A program made the translations under genes and the position numbers. A DNA stretch of 64,000 bases, taken from positions 13,144,001 through 13,208,000 of the forward strand of contig OZ024743.1 of the NCBI GenBank assembly GCA_964016885.1, read 5' to 3'. Of this stretch, positions 43,939-56,803 are shown in pieces. The notes under the pieces are model-generated. The model had not been told where the DNA came from. It was given only the letters and a program-made list of their open reading frames with translations, and searched no databases. Position 1 is the stretch's first letter. The number at the start of each line of letters is the position of its first letter. Source of the stretch: Eledone cirrhosa (lineage: Eukaryota).

Positions 43939-44393
43939 CCTGTGTCAGTGTTGAACAAAAAGGTGACGTGGTTGCCTTAACACCGTATGGCATAAATTCA
44001 GGCTGTTCGCTTTGTTGACAAACAAACGAACAAAGCTGCGTTATAATAAACGTCGGCTAAACTGATGCGTGCATATATGTATGTGTACCTGTGTGCATGT
44101 ATGTATATATATGTATATATATGTATATATATATATGTATATATATGTATGTATGTGCATGCTACTGTACGTCTGTATACATATATGTATGTACGTATAC
44201 ATACATACTTACACTTAAGTAAGTGCCATACTAAGAGTGAGAAATGAAATTTCGTTTTCATTTTTTTCAACTTATCGTTTTCGGTATGCCTGACCGATTT
44301 AACTCACTCAATATGCAAATTAGGCTGCTCAGCCGTTAATTTTCATAAGGAAAGTATATACTTTCGAACGTTCAACTATCTGGCAGATGGGTA

Positions 44394-44438
44394 AACGGTG
44401 CTGATGATAGCTAACAAGCTTGAAACTAGTACATCGTT
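44394..44438 (+). ncRNA. Canonical type-I minimal hammerhead ribozyme (unit 2)
   Basis: Identical to 43894-43938; predicted cleavage after 44431. Confidence 0.85.
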
Positions 44439-44760
44439 CCTGTGTCAGTGTTGAACAAAAAGGTGACGTGGTTGCCTTAACACCGTATGGCATAAATTCA
44501 GGCTGTTCGCTTTGTTGACAAACAAACGAACAATGCTGCGTTATAATAAACGTCGGCTAAACTGATGCGTGCATATATGTATGTGTACCTGTGTGCATGT
44601 ATGTATATATATGTATATATATATATGTATATATATGTATGTATGTGCATGCTACTGTACGTCTGTATACATATATGTATGTACGTATACATACATACTT
44701 ACATTTAAGTAAGTGCCATACTAAGAGTGAGAAATGAAATTTCGTTTTCATTTTTTTCAA

Positions 44761-44794
<34 letters not shown>

Positions 44795-44797
<3 letters not shown>

Positions 44798-44945
44798 ACG
44801 CATTGAGTTACGGTCCTTGCCATTCTGAGTTCAAATCCCGCCGTGGTTAACTTTGCCTTTCATCCTTAAGGGGTCGATAACATAAAGTATCAGTAATACA
44901 CTGGGCAATTGCTGGCCTTGTGCCAAAAGTAGAAACAATTATATT
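44795..44945 (+). mobile_element. tRNA-derived SINE, 5'-truncated
   Basis: GAGTTCAAATCCCGCC B box + CTTTGCCTTTCATCCTT..GGGGTCGATAA body + GGCCTTGTGCCAAAAGTAGAAAC tail. Confidence 0.85.
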
Positions 44946-45195
44946 ATATATATATATATATGTGTGTCTATATATATATATATATATATAAGTATGAATA
45001 TTTTGTATATCTAGTGATTTACGGTATGTTAAAATATTCATACTTCTATGTACACAGCTTTGATAATTATATATATATTTATTTTCTCTCTCTTTCTATA
45101 TGTATAACTCATTCTTTCCATCTCTCCTTGTCCCTCTCTCTGTTTGTGTCTATCTCTATGTGTATATATCAGCCACATATACATTCATACATATT

Positions 45196-45243
<48 letters not shown>

Positions 45244-45350
45244 AACGAGTAGGACCCCGACGGCTGAGCTCAAGCCGTTTCGACGGCTAATTCTGGACTA
45301 AATGAACATTTTTATACACTTAATTGCTTTTTAACACTCAGTATTTTTCT

Positions 45351-45542
45351 AGGGCGGTGGATTGGCACTATCGGTAGAGGGTCGGACGCCATGCATTCAA
45401 GCATAGTTATGTCCCTTTACGATCTGAGTTCAAATCCCGCCGAGGTTGACTTTGCCTTTCATCCTTACGGGGTCGATAAAATAAAGTACCAGTAATGCAC
45501 TGGTTAATTGCTGGCCTTGTGCCTAAAGTAGAAACAAGTATT
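45351..45542 (+). mobile_element. tRNA-derived SINE, full length
   Basis: GGCGGTGGATTGGCACTATCGGTAGAG head, GAGTTCAAATCCCGCC B box, conserved body and tail. Confidence 0.9.
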
Positions 45543-45807
45543 TTTCTATATATTTACCCCTCATTGTTCTACTTACTGTTTCGACTTCCTCCCCCTCCAC
45601 CTCCCTAGTATCTTCTTTGACCTCACGCCTAGCTGTAGCTGGCACTATCAACGCTTGAATGGGTGTCCTCCACCCCCTCTCCCTCTTTCTCCTACTGGCA
45701 GGTTTAGCTACCCCTTCCCTCCACTAATTGCCATCATAGAATTATTATGTCTCAACTACAAACTTTTGACCATCCCTGTGACAATCGCTTTGACCATATA
45801 TGGAATT

Positions 45808-45903
45808 ACCCCTTGAGAAGCTCGGCTATTCAAATACCAGGATAAACATTTTCATTTAGTCCAGAATTAGCCGTTGAAACGGCTTGAGCTCAGCCGTCGG
45901 GGT
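45808..45903 (+). ncRNA. Type-I hammerhead, U3-A8 variant with full stem III
   Basis: ACCCC-TTGAGAA-GCTCGGCTA...TAGCCGTT-GAAA-CGGCT TGAGCTC AGCCG-TC-GGGGT; GUC triplet at 45896-45898. Confidence 0.72.
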
Positions 45904-46949
45904 CCTACTCGTTCCTATTACCCACTCTACTACCCTAAGTATTGAGTACTTTGGTGCGTTATGGTCCACCTGGTTCCTTACAACATTTCTTCCGTAATAT
46001 ATATATATATATGTATACATATTCATATATATACATACATGTCCGTGTGTTTACTTATGAATACATCAAATGCAAATGTCCATATGCAGTCATATGTATG
46101 TATGTATTATGTATGTAAGTATGTATGTATGTATGCATATGTGTATGCGTGTGTTTATAAAAATACACATATATATATATATATTTGTTGATATACACTT
46201 ATACATTTTATAAGTGTATATCAACAAATATTTTTCTTCGTATGTACTTATATATAGATGTACACATTCACACGTTTAAATGCATGTGTATATTTACACA
46301 TTTTTGTAAAGTTATTTCTTGAATAACGTTCAGATTTTGAAAACCTCTTTATTGTCTGTCTATGTATGAGTGTGTGTGTGTGTGTGTGTGTGTGTATTTA
46401 TGTGTGTGTGTGTGTGTGTGTCTGTGTGCGTATGTGTGTGTGTGTGAGCGTATGTGTGTGTGCATGCGTCTGAGTTTGTTTGGTTGTGTGTTTATGGAAA
46501 GGTGCAGTGAAGAGTCATTTCGAAAATGACTCAAGACAGAATAATAAATACTCGATCAATTCAATTGAGTTCTACATTATTTACATAATGTCTAAGTAAA
46601 TTTTGAAAGTAGATTTTCTTTTTTTTAAATCATGCATTAGGAAGGATGGTATCGTAACTATACATATATTTACTTTTAAAAATATATGTAAATATATTTT
46701 CTAACTTCCAGATTTGCTGTTTATAAAAAAATTAACTCACTCAAAACAATGTTTATATTTTGATCTTGCTTTACTCAACAAACTGCACGCAATACTTTGT
46801 CTTCATATGCTGTCTATTAACTACACCTCTTTGCTCTTGCATTCGTCCTGTGATTAAGACACGAAAATCGAGTTCAATCTATCATTACGTATAGCTCTGA
46901 CAACAGTGAGGAGAAGCTAATTTGTTACTCACAAGCAAAAGAAATTAAC

Positions 46950-47143
46950 TAATAATTGTTTCTACTTTTGGCACAAGGCCAGCAATTATTCCAGTGTATT
47001 ACTGGTACTTTATTTTACGATCCCCTAAGTATGAAAGCCAAAGTTAACCTCGGCGGGATTTGAATTCAGACCATAAAACGCCGTAACACTTTGCTGCAAA
47101 GCATGGCGTCAGATCCTCTACCGATACTGCCAATGCACCGCCC
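46950..47143 (-). mobile_element. tRNA-derived SINE
   Basis: Reverse complement of the 45351 family. Confidence 0.88.
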
Positions 47144-48037
47144 TTTCAATTAACTAATAATCCCGTTGAATTCGAGTCATTATATCATCATCTCAGTCAT
47201 GATTACGGGCTATACATAATAGCTAATATGCACAGTTCATCGCCAATACGTACACATCTTACATGGAATATTCTGCAACGATAAGTATCTCTGTTGAAGC
47301 AGCTGTTGTTGCTTGCATTGAAATCAATGGTAATTAAGATGAATTCTATGCAAAGGGGTACTAGACTTACCACTCGCACCGTGAAATCAGACACATCGTA
47401 TCTGTGACTATATTGACCAATGTACTCTTCCATATTTGTTCTAGTTAATCATCGATCAACTCGATACTGTTGAAGAATAAGCTTTCCCATGATGGTGCGG
47501 AGGTCCTTTTCATCAAGCTGACCTTGGATTAACAAAAACGACAGTAATAAGATTTGATAAACAGGCGAGATAAAAAAAAGGGACCTACTAGAATCTAACA
47601 ACAAAACATTAATAAAATCACATCCGGTGAGACACAGTAACACTGCGTAAACTCATCTTACATTCATATGTATATATACATACACACACACACGTGTACA
47701 CACATGCACACACATATATAATATCTGTGAGTATATAAGTGAAACCGCTTAGTAATAAAACTCATACTTTAACCTTAATAAAGAATATTATTAAACTCTT
47801 CTTCAGGTTTGACTTATTTTCGCGTCCCTCAAAATCGCGCGTATTTATATATATATATACCTAAGTATATACACACGCCCTACACACACACATACACACC
47901 ATACACACATATATATATATACACAGCAGTTTCTAGTTCGGTCGGCCGACCGAACTAGAAACTACTAAATGTGTCGCCGCCTTCTTGTCTCTCTGCTTTT
48001 TCAGCCCCATGGATTATATTCCTTTGTTAAATTTCGA

Positions 48038-48095
48038 ATACCTGATTATGTCACCGGATTCATACTGAACCCGGTGATTGAAATGTTCATAGTAT
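48038..48095 (+). ncRNA. Degenerate hammerhead (G8U)
   Basis: ATAC-CTGATTA-TGTCACCGG...CCGGTGATT-GAAA-TGTTCA-TA-GTAT; lies within a (TA)n-flanked block 47921-48285. Confidence 0.5.
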
Positions 48096-48762
48096 AATAA
48101 ACCTTTCAGGAATTACACCAGTCCAGCCTCCTGTTATTTTATAATAATTAACTCCGTACTCCCACCACCAACAACACAAACAAAGACGGGTGAGTCGCAT
48201 TACGTCGAGTGCCCTACCTAATATTACATCGAGGTTGATCATACGGAATGACCAGTTCTATCCGGTGGTGAACCAACAAACCTAAATGTATATATATATA
48301 TATATATATACGTATATACCTACACACACATATATATATATATATGTAATATGTAAACAGAAATAACAAAACAAACGCCACAGTATTTGGAAGCAGTATA
48401 TTAGTTTAACGCTTAAAATAGCAGGAAGAGCTTAAGGTTTTGGACGCTAGTCATTCATTGGAAGAAAGAATGAGAAATTAGAAAAATTGAGGGGACGAGC
48501 AGGGAAGAATTGGAAAAAATGTTTTTTTAGAGAAAAATAACAGGAACATTCACGTTGCCATCACTTGGAAAACTGTTGATGTTGGCGTTTTATGTATCAT
48601 AATTTCTTTAGAAAAATGGATGATGAAGCGCGTCTATCTGGAAGGAAAAAAAATGTTTATGAGACACATACACGGCTGAGAGAGAGAAGGAAAAGTATGA
48701 GAGAGCATTTGTGTGTTTACTGTTATCTAATCATTATCATAGGAGTTGAATAACTTTTTAAA

Positions 48763-48955
48763 ATAATTGTTTCTACTATTGGCACAAGGCCAGCAATTGT
48801 CTAGGTGCATTACAGCTACTTTATTTTATCGACCCCGTAAGGATGAAAGGCAAGGTTAACCTGGGCGGGATTTGAACTCAGACCATAAAGGGGCGTAACT
48901 CTATGCTGGAAAGCATGGCGTCCGACCCTCTACCGATACTGCCAATTCACCGCTC
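48763..48955 (-). mobile_element. tRNA-derived SINE
   Basis: Reverse complement of the 45351 family. Confidence 0.88.
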
Positions 48956-48964
48956 TCTTATTAA

Positions 48965-49170
48965 AATAATGATTTCTAGTATAGGTACTAGGCCAGCAAT
49001 TTTGGGGGGAGGGGAAAGTCGATTAAATCGACCCTAGTGCGTGACTGGTACTTTATTTTATCGACCTCGTAAGGATGAAAGGCAAAGTTAACCTGAGCAT
49101 AAAGGGCCGTAACTCTATGCTGCAAAACATGGCGTCCGACTCTTTACCGATACTGCCAATACACCGATGA
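48965..49170 (-). mobile_element. tRNA-derived SINE (tandem second copy, different tail subfamily, B box deleted)
   Basis: Same head/body; tail GGGGGAGGGGAAAGTCGATTAAATCGACCC. Confidence 0.85.
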
Positions 49171-50533
49171 TATCCAATGTGAATCGTCAGCTTTCTTGTT
49201 AAAGCTTTGCTTCTTAATAGAAGCCATGAAGATATAATGAATTCGATTTCCCTCCAGACTAGAAGTAATAAAAATGCCATTTACCTAATAAACGCAATTA
49301 CCTATGATGTCAGCTAAAGTGTGAAGAACGTTCTTCCCTCGGGTGTTTTTTAGCTTCTGAAATATCAGCTTTATAACGATATAACGTTATCAAAATGTTC
49401 CACTACAGAATCATTCTAAAGCATGATGATCCGGTCAATAAAGGAACGTCTCTATGCGGTTTTTCTATAAGCTAAAAATAGCTACTGAATTCCGTTTAAA
49501 TCACACTCACGCTATTTTCAGAGAAATGGAAGGGTACATTCAATGTTTTACTTCCAAATATATATATAACAAGTATGGTCTTAAACTGAGCTCCTTTGAT
49601 TACCTGTTATTCAATTAAGGGTGATCTAGAACTAAATAACAAGAGTAGTTCAAGCACAAACAATATTCTTACTTGCTTGTCTACAGGTAAAATGATGTTT
49701 ATACAGGCCAGTGTATTTCATTCGCCTTTAAAGCGAGGGTCTCTATATAATTCACAATAGATAACAAAAATAAAATAGAGTTGGTTATGGTTAGAAGGTT
49801 TTTCGACAAAGTAATGTTCAGCCACGACTGATCTTTTACGAAGTAAATGATAATATTTCCAAATAGAAGTATAAGACCGTATACCTTTTGAAAAGGAAAT
49901 TGATTAAATTAATGTCAGTGTTTCACAGGTAATTATTTCATCGAATACTCTGGGGTATATCAACGCAGAATGTAAAGAAAAGCGACTACATACTGCATGT
50001 CACCTTGTTTGTCATCCTAGTCTATTATAATATTCAAACTCCTCTAAATAATGATGATATTAAAAAAGATGGTGGTTCTTGCACAATGACTTGCACAAGA
50101 AAGTCGTATTGTAGCAATGTATTCTGCTACAATCTATCTTGGTATAATTTGTATTAAAGAAATACTTTATATTGTTGTTTGGCCCCTTCTCAGATCTGAT
50201 AGAGAAGAACTATAATTTAAATTGTTCCTGCCTTAACCAACTTGCTTTCAAACTTATAGAATAAAGTGATTGATCCTCCACCATGTTCGACGATGAATAT
50301 TCAGGTGTTCGTGTAACTGCATTACTTGTTGAAGGGGTATGTAAGGGGTATGTGTGACTATTTCACAGTATACTATTAACGCTTTAATGCTACGATCAGA
50401 CGGAATCAACAGAAAAAGGTGACGCGACTGGACCTTTGCAATCAATCAATTAATGAAGAGAGTGAGTGATAAAGAGAATGTGTATGTCTGTGCGTGTGTG
50501 TGTGTATGTGTGTGTGTGAGAGAGAGAGAGAGG

Positions 50534-50564
<31 letters not shown>

Positions 50565-51094
50565 GGAGAGAGAGAGAGAAAGTGAGAGAGAGAGAGTGTG
50601 TGTGTATGAGAGAAAGAGGGAGAAGAACCAACCTAAAAAGCGTAACAAAGTGTTGAACTCGGGGAGCACTGAGATGAAACGAATACCGCAAAATATTCTG
50701 TCCCGTCCTGTAAGGACATTGCCAATTCGTCGTTTTCTCCAAAACTATATTATACAATGTACCTTATTAAAAGTATAGTAATATGTGATTCTAAGACAAT
50801 GTAGGGCTTATTTCAAGCAGGTCAAAGTTCACATCGTTGGCTCAAGAAACAATGCATTTGGCCTAGTGGTAAACAATAGATTTTTAGTTGTTTTAAGTCA
50901 AAACGGTGAATAACTAATATGGAAAAATATATTTTATTTGTATAAATAGCACTGCAAGTATTAATGGAAAAGTGAAAGAAAAAGAAAAAAGGGAGAAAAA
51001 AGGATAAAAACGAAACCAAGCAACGAATAGAAGGAAGGAGTGAAGGAGGGCAGATCTGACTGTATAGGAAACTAAGCGAAAGAGCTATAAATAT

Positions 51095-51490
51095 CATAAA
51101 TGTGAGGAAAGGGAGGGAAAAACCAAGGAGTATGAGGCCACGGAAGAAAGGGGGAGGGAAGGAGGGAGGGTGATATGCTCCATGCCTTGGGCGGAGCGGT
51201 GTTTGGACTGCGCCCTGTGGACAAAACTGCAAAGGCATTCCGTGGACAATGGCCAGCAACACCCACTGCAACAACCACTCCACATCGCAGGGTTCCTTCT
51301 TCAGGCGGAATGCTGACGATCCGATTTTACGGAGGAGCTCGGCAGTATGGGGTCTGAGGACGTCTGAGGTTTCGACGTTGACATGTGCGATGAGGAAGCG
51401 GCCGAACAAATCACTGGACACCGCATTGTGGGCCGTAGTACTGGGGTTTGTGGCCGAAGCGACTAAGGTGGAGGCGGAGAACGTTTCACT
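51095..51490 (-). mobile_element. 3' fragment of a restriction-like-endonuclease (RLE) LINE, CRE-like
   Basis: ETFSASTLVASATNP...VETSDVLRPHTAELLRKIG...EWLLQWVLLAIVHG resembles the CRE-type RLE C-terminus (ETxGxxG...QRxSxAxxRGN). Confidence 0.65.
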
Positions 51491-54479
51491 GAATGTGGCA
51501 TACCAATATGGAAATATAATTGAAATGGTAGCAACACATAGTGCATCTTATACAGAATAAAATTCATTGTAACAAATGTGTAGATGTTACGATTCAAATA
51601 TAATGAGCAGTTGAGACTACTCATGATTTTTGGCAATAGTTTGAAGAAACACACATTAACACACACACGCGCGCGCGCACAACCACACATCCAGAGCGTT
51701 TACGGATTATCATTAATTTGATGTATCTAATAAACATTATAGGAGACGTATCCTATTCTTTACAAACAATTATATTCGTATCACATAGAGTGTACTATCA
51801 TTGTCACCAAGTAATTAAAGTGAACACTACCTGTGTGTTTTGACAGATCAGCTGCAAAGTAACTTTGTATTCAGCAATTCAGCTAGTTGCCCTCTTCAAT
51901 ATGTAGTGAAAATATCGTAACAGTGTTAGTCTGCTAAACTGGCTGAAATAATAGAGTAAATGCGCCATGTATGAGTAAAACAATCTCATAAGATAATTAG
52001 GAATTAATAGAGGACATCCAAAACGAATGCATTCTTATAAACCTCAGGTGGACCAATATTATTTGGTAGACGGAAACAATGTGAAAGCACATCGTTTACA
52101 CATGAACATATATATATATCTATGCATACGTATTTGAAAATACATATATGTGTGTATATATAGATGTTCATACGTATATAAATATATATAGCAATGGGCA
52201 AATTATATCCCCTACTTTTAAATTTAAGGTTCAGACAACTTCAGTTGGATAACCTCAGAGGAATCAGAGACAAAATATTCTAAAGTGTCCATTTATTTTG
52301 GAGATAAAACATGTGAAATTGAAACGAGATCTAAGGGAGGGAATACACATACATACACACGTCAAACAAAGTGCTTTAGGTAATAAAATACCATTGAAAT
52401 AATGGATCGATATCATCCAGTTTCCTTTTCCAAACTGCTAGCCATGTGGTTAAATTTAAAACCAGCATTTAACAATAGAGCATTTCTCATGTAATAGACG
52501 GTTTATAAAAAGTTCAAATTTGTGTTTGTATCCAGCTGTTAAAATGATGAAGTTTTTGACACACTTACTCCTGCCTTTAAGTAGTATTCGATCTTCTTAG
52601 CCTTACGGTGAATTGTATATGACATCTTGAATGTCAATAACAAAAGTTCATGAATTATTTAGAAGTGGATTTCGATAAATTTCCACTGCTTTTATCATGC
52701 ATATCGATTTCTCTGTTAGAACAAAATAGATATGTCGATGCTTATTTGCTTGTCATATGCACAGCGATTGTAAAAGGATTGATGCAATTCCATGTGAACA
52801 ACACATTTGTGACTAGCTACGAGAGAGAGAGAGAGTAACATTGAAAGAAATACATAGATAAATAGGGATAGAAATAGATAAAAACATAAAATGAGAGAGA
52901 CTGAGACAGGAAGATAGACACATACAGAGGAAGGGAGAAGGAGAAGGAGAGCAAGAGAGAGAGAGAGAGTGCAAGAGATTCACTGCGTGCATAGTTGTGT
53001 GTATATGTATGTGTGTCAATGTATATCTATTTGAGTATTTATAAGGAATGCATTCTTTTGCAAATGTATAAGTAACTGTAGAAAAGTTGTATAAAGGTGA
53101 CAGAAAATTAGTGAACTAGTGAGTTAAAGAGAGAAAGAGATAGATTGATTGAGAAACGACGAGAGAATTAATCGATATAGACACAGAGAGAAAGTATTAA
53201 GTTAAGAAGACATGATGGTGGTTGAGATGTGAAGTTTATACTGATTATGCAAGGACTGTTTCCTTTTGATAAAACAACGTTTTGATCTGTTGATCAGACT
53301 CCAGGGGAATTAATTGTAATGCATTTTAAGTTCATACGTCACGTATGGTACACGAATGACTTGGCGTATGCAAACTCTTCGTTGTGCTTGAAGTTATAAT
53401 ATAAACCCGAATTTGAGGTGTTTGTCAAGGGACAGCTACATTCATGATATGTTGATACACTTATGTATAATTGCTCACCAGGATGGAGATGTATAAGAAT
53501 TTGTTAATGTTATATTGTGGGTTACCTTCTTGCAATGATTATTGCAACATCTGAACTGAGAAATCGATTTCAATTTCACTACATGTTGATTTATTATGCA
53601 AGTAACAGCTAAAAGTTTAGATTTATGGATGAAATAATATGAGATCGTGGTCCGTTCATGTCTCTCACCACATATAATTTCTCCTTTAATACATTATGAC
53701 ACTTCATATCGTATTTATTTCCTACTTAAGTCCAAGACCTCAGTATGATAGGAATTATAGAATTATAGGAAAGTGATTTATAGAGAAACCATTTATTGGT
53801 AAGTTAGGTGTATGGATGAGAAGAAAAACTATTACAAGAGAGCAGAAATTTATCGTAAACGAGAAATGTTATAATTAGCTAAATGTCTTATTCATATGCC
53901 AAAAATCTCAGAGTTACTACAATAGCAGAAAATATAATCGTGAGGTAATACATCATTAGCGACATCAGCAAACCCCAAAGCAAGCAAGCTTAAATAGTTC
54001 CAATCGGGAATTGAAATTAGATGGCGAACTCGGCTTACCGAATGCTTCATTTTTATTTTACGCTATGACATCAACAAACTAATAATTTATTTCATGATTC
54101 ACAAGGAATATTGTGTATGTGTTTGTTTATGTTTTTCTCACTAGTTTCAATGAAAATTGCCCCAAGTGAGACCGGCCATATGGTCTCATGCTTTGCTCGC
54201 CAGCAGTTAAATGCAGCTGGTTAACCTTTTCCAATATATTTATTTCCTTAAAATATTTATCCCCTAAACTTCGGATGTAACGATTAGGAGAAAATGAAAT
54301 TAAGTTATATTCACACAATTTATAAGAGAGTTAATAACGTAAGAGAATTGAGATAACAATTATTAGTAACCGGGTTACTGGTTTAAAATTAATGTTGATT
54401 TTTACCAGTCAGCCCATTGCTTCAAGGTTTTGGTGTCAGTACTGTAAATTAGATATTTACTAGTGTTTAATTCACACTA

Positions 54480-54835
54480 GCGACTGGCATTCAGCTGGGC
54501 AGCGACTGCTTGCGCTTCAGTGTTTTCCTGAGGATCGGCCTTCGGGTCTGTGAGCCTCACAAATGCCGTTGCGGTACGACTGTGGATCCTTCGACCACCA
54601 CGCTCTGTCATGCCGTTACAGTGCTGGCCGTCTTTCAAGCCATGATGCTCACAACAAGATTATAAACCATGGCCTGAACGGAGGCACGCTTCCTTTCCCA
54701 GCTCGACCTAGTGGACGGTGGAAGGCCTGACGGCATGACAATATTCGTGTTCCGGGACCAAGAGGCAGACGGCGAATTAGTTGGACGTGGAGGATACTCG
54801 TTCGGCCGGCAGACATAACTAAACATACTCAACTC
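54480..54835 (-). mobile_element. Degenerate RTE-type LINE 3' fragment
   Basis: Minus-strand YVCRPNEYPPR...WERKR resembles RTE ORF2 C-terminus (GHV.R...WKRxRG). Confidence 0.45.
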
Positions 54836-55444
54836 CTTGCATATTGATTGATTAGAGCTCTCGTCTAAGCGGATGGGAAAAAGATAATTTTAGATGGATT
54901 TGAATTTAGAACCTAGATTGACGCAACTAATTACTGCAATTCAGCTAAACCATCACTTTTAATTTACGTATTATATTGATAAAGAAGAATAGTTAAAACG
55001 TCGGACAACACATCTGCACCATTTAGGTCCGTTACGCATTGCCTTCAAATCATATCTAGGTAAACTTTGCCTTTCCCCCGGCATCGATGAAATAGTGTAC
55101 CCTTCAAATATTGGAGTCGATTCAATTTATAGTCCCCTACCCCGACATGTTTTATTTTTTCTATACTAGAAATCTGTATTGTTAATACATATTTACATAA
55201 ATGAAGGAAAACATCTATAAAAAATTGGACTTGAAATCGGTGAAGTTTCAAGATCGATTTGATTGTCCAAATGAATTTTGTATGATTCAATATACTGATT
55301 ATTAGTATGGATGGTTATGAGTAGATCACCTTTGTCTATTTATTTTTTCGATACTAACTGATTTGGCGTGAAACAACAACAAAATAAATACACAAACGAC
55401 TATGATCATAATATTTTCAATAAATACAAAAGCTACACTTGGTG

Positions 55445-55555
55445 ATTTTGGTGAGGAAGTCAATTAAATTCACCCCAGTAATTGACAGATATTTTCTTAT
55501 TTTATCGACTTCCGAAAGAATAAATGACCTCGGTGGGATTTGAACTCAAACTATA
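55445..55555 (-). mobile_element. Degenerate SINE copy
   Basis: TTTTATCGAC..CCGAAAG...GACCTCGGTGGGATTTGAACTCA. Confidence 0.7.
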
Positions 55556-56737
55556 AATAGACATAATTAGATTATAGAAAATAAAGAAAACCCATTGATT
55601 TTACTGTGTTGTCCTTTCTTTAGAGTAGAAACTACTTAGATGAAGTATAGGTTTCTGTTCAGTCAGGGCAAACCTTGGTTAAACAACAACAGCAACATCA
55701 ACAAGGACGTCAAAAACACATACTCATTATATGGCTAAATGAGGGAGGTATTCTACATTATATTAAAATATGGTGTTCTAAGTTAGTAAAGTTTTTATCA
55801 AGAGCTGCATGTGTATAAAATAAGTTCACTTGACATCTTTACGGTGCATTGGACATATGTCATCTTTGTTCTACACATATAGAACAAAGCATGTAAGTTA
55901 AAGAAAATATTACACTTAATCCGTCACCCTAATTAACATCAACAATTATCCCTGGGGTGCTTTAAACGGAATATACGCTGTTGCACGCTTTTGGGGCAGG
56001 TGTGCGGCTTAATGATATCTTTCTGTTTTACTGGCACCAGTCTTAGAATAAGTTTGGATCATTTTATATCGCTATTACTAAATGTTACCCAGAATGACAA
56101 TATTACACTTAGATTAGATTTGAACTCACATCACAAGAGATTATAGTGCAGCAACCTGTCCACTGAATCATTTCATATTTTACTTCCTATACACACCTTC
56201 GCTGAGAGTATTTTGATTCCGAAAGGTTTTGAACCCGAACTTTTATTATTGAAACTTAAGTAAGCACTCACAAATCTATTTTTGCATCTAGGTGGATTTC
56301 TACCGTCGATGGACAAAAGTTAAAACAAAACAAAACAAAACAAAACAAAACAAAACAAAACAGCAAAATATAATAATGTTATTAAGAGCAAGTTTCTTGT
56401 CAACAGAGTTTGTGAGTTTCTGCATTCCATCAATTTAAGGATATATGTATTTTGCTTATCGTTTTGGGAATAAATCTCAATATCATTTGTTCACTTTGAG
56501 ATAACAAAATGGAATAAGTATATTTGGCAGGGGAAAAAATAAAAAAGAAAACATTCGAAGTCGAGAGAAGTAACATTGCAACATACAACATCTATATACG
56601 TACACATACACACGCATATATATATGCATTTATCTATGTATATATATGTATATATACACACGCACATACATAAACTGATTATACATAAACATATATGCAT
56701 ACCTATGTATCTTTACACACACACGCACACACACACG

Positions 56738-56803
<66 letters not shown>

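Larger units (their letters stand above)
43660..44765 (+). mobile_element. Non-coding ~500-bp tandem repeat (2.1 units) with one hammerhead per full unit; retrozyme-like / tandem PLE pseudo-LTR
   Basis: Unit starts AGTGCCATACTAAGAGTGAG at 43722, 44222, 44712; preceded by inverted segment 43660-43718 (reverse complement of 43810-43868). Confidence 0.8.
45241..45997 (+). mobile_element. Non-autonomous PLE-type 3' end with inverted partial copy, interrupted by a SINE
   Basis: 45241-45310 is the reverse complement of 45848-45917; same family at 41490-41540 and 63004-63230; flanked by (TA)n. Confidence 0.7.

Noticed and set aside
43722-44765. CRISPR-like or prokaryotic system anywhere in the window
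   Set aside because: No short repeat-spacer array or operon structure; the sequence is metazoan repeat DNA
50278-50345. CCACCATG Kozak-like start followed by a GTATGT donor-like site
   Set aside because: Only ~18 codons, no homology recognised; expected by chance in 64 kb
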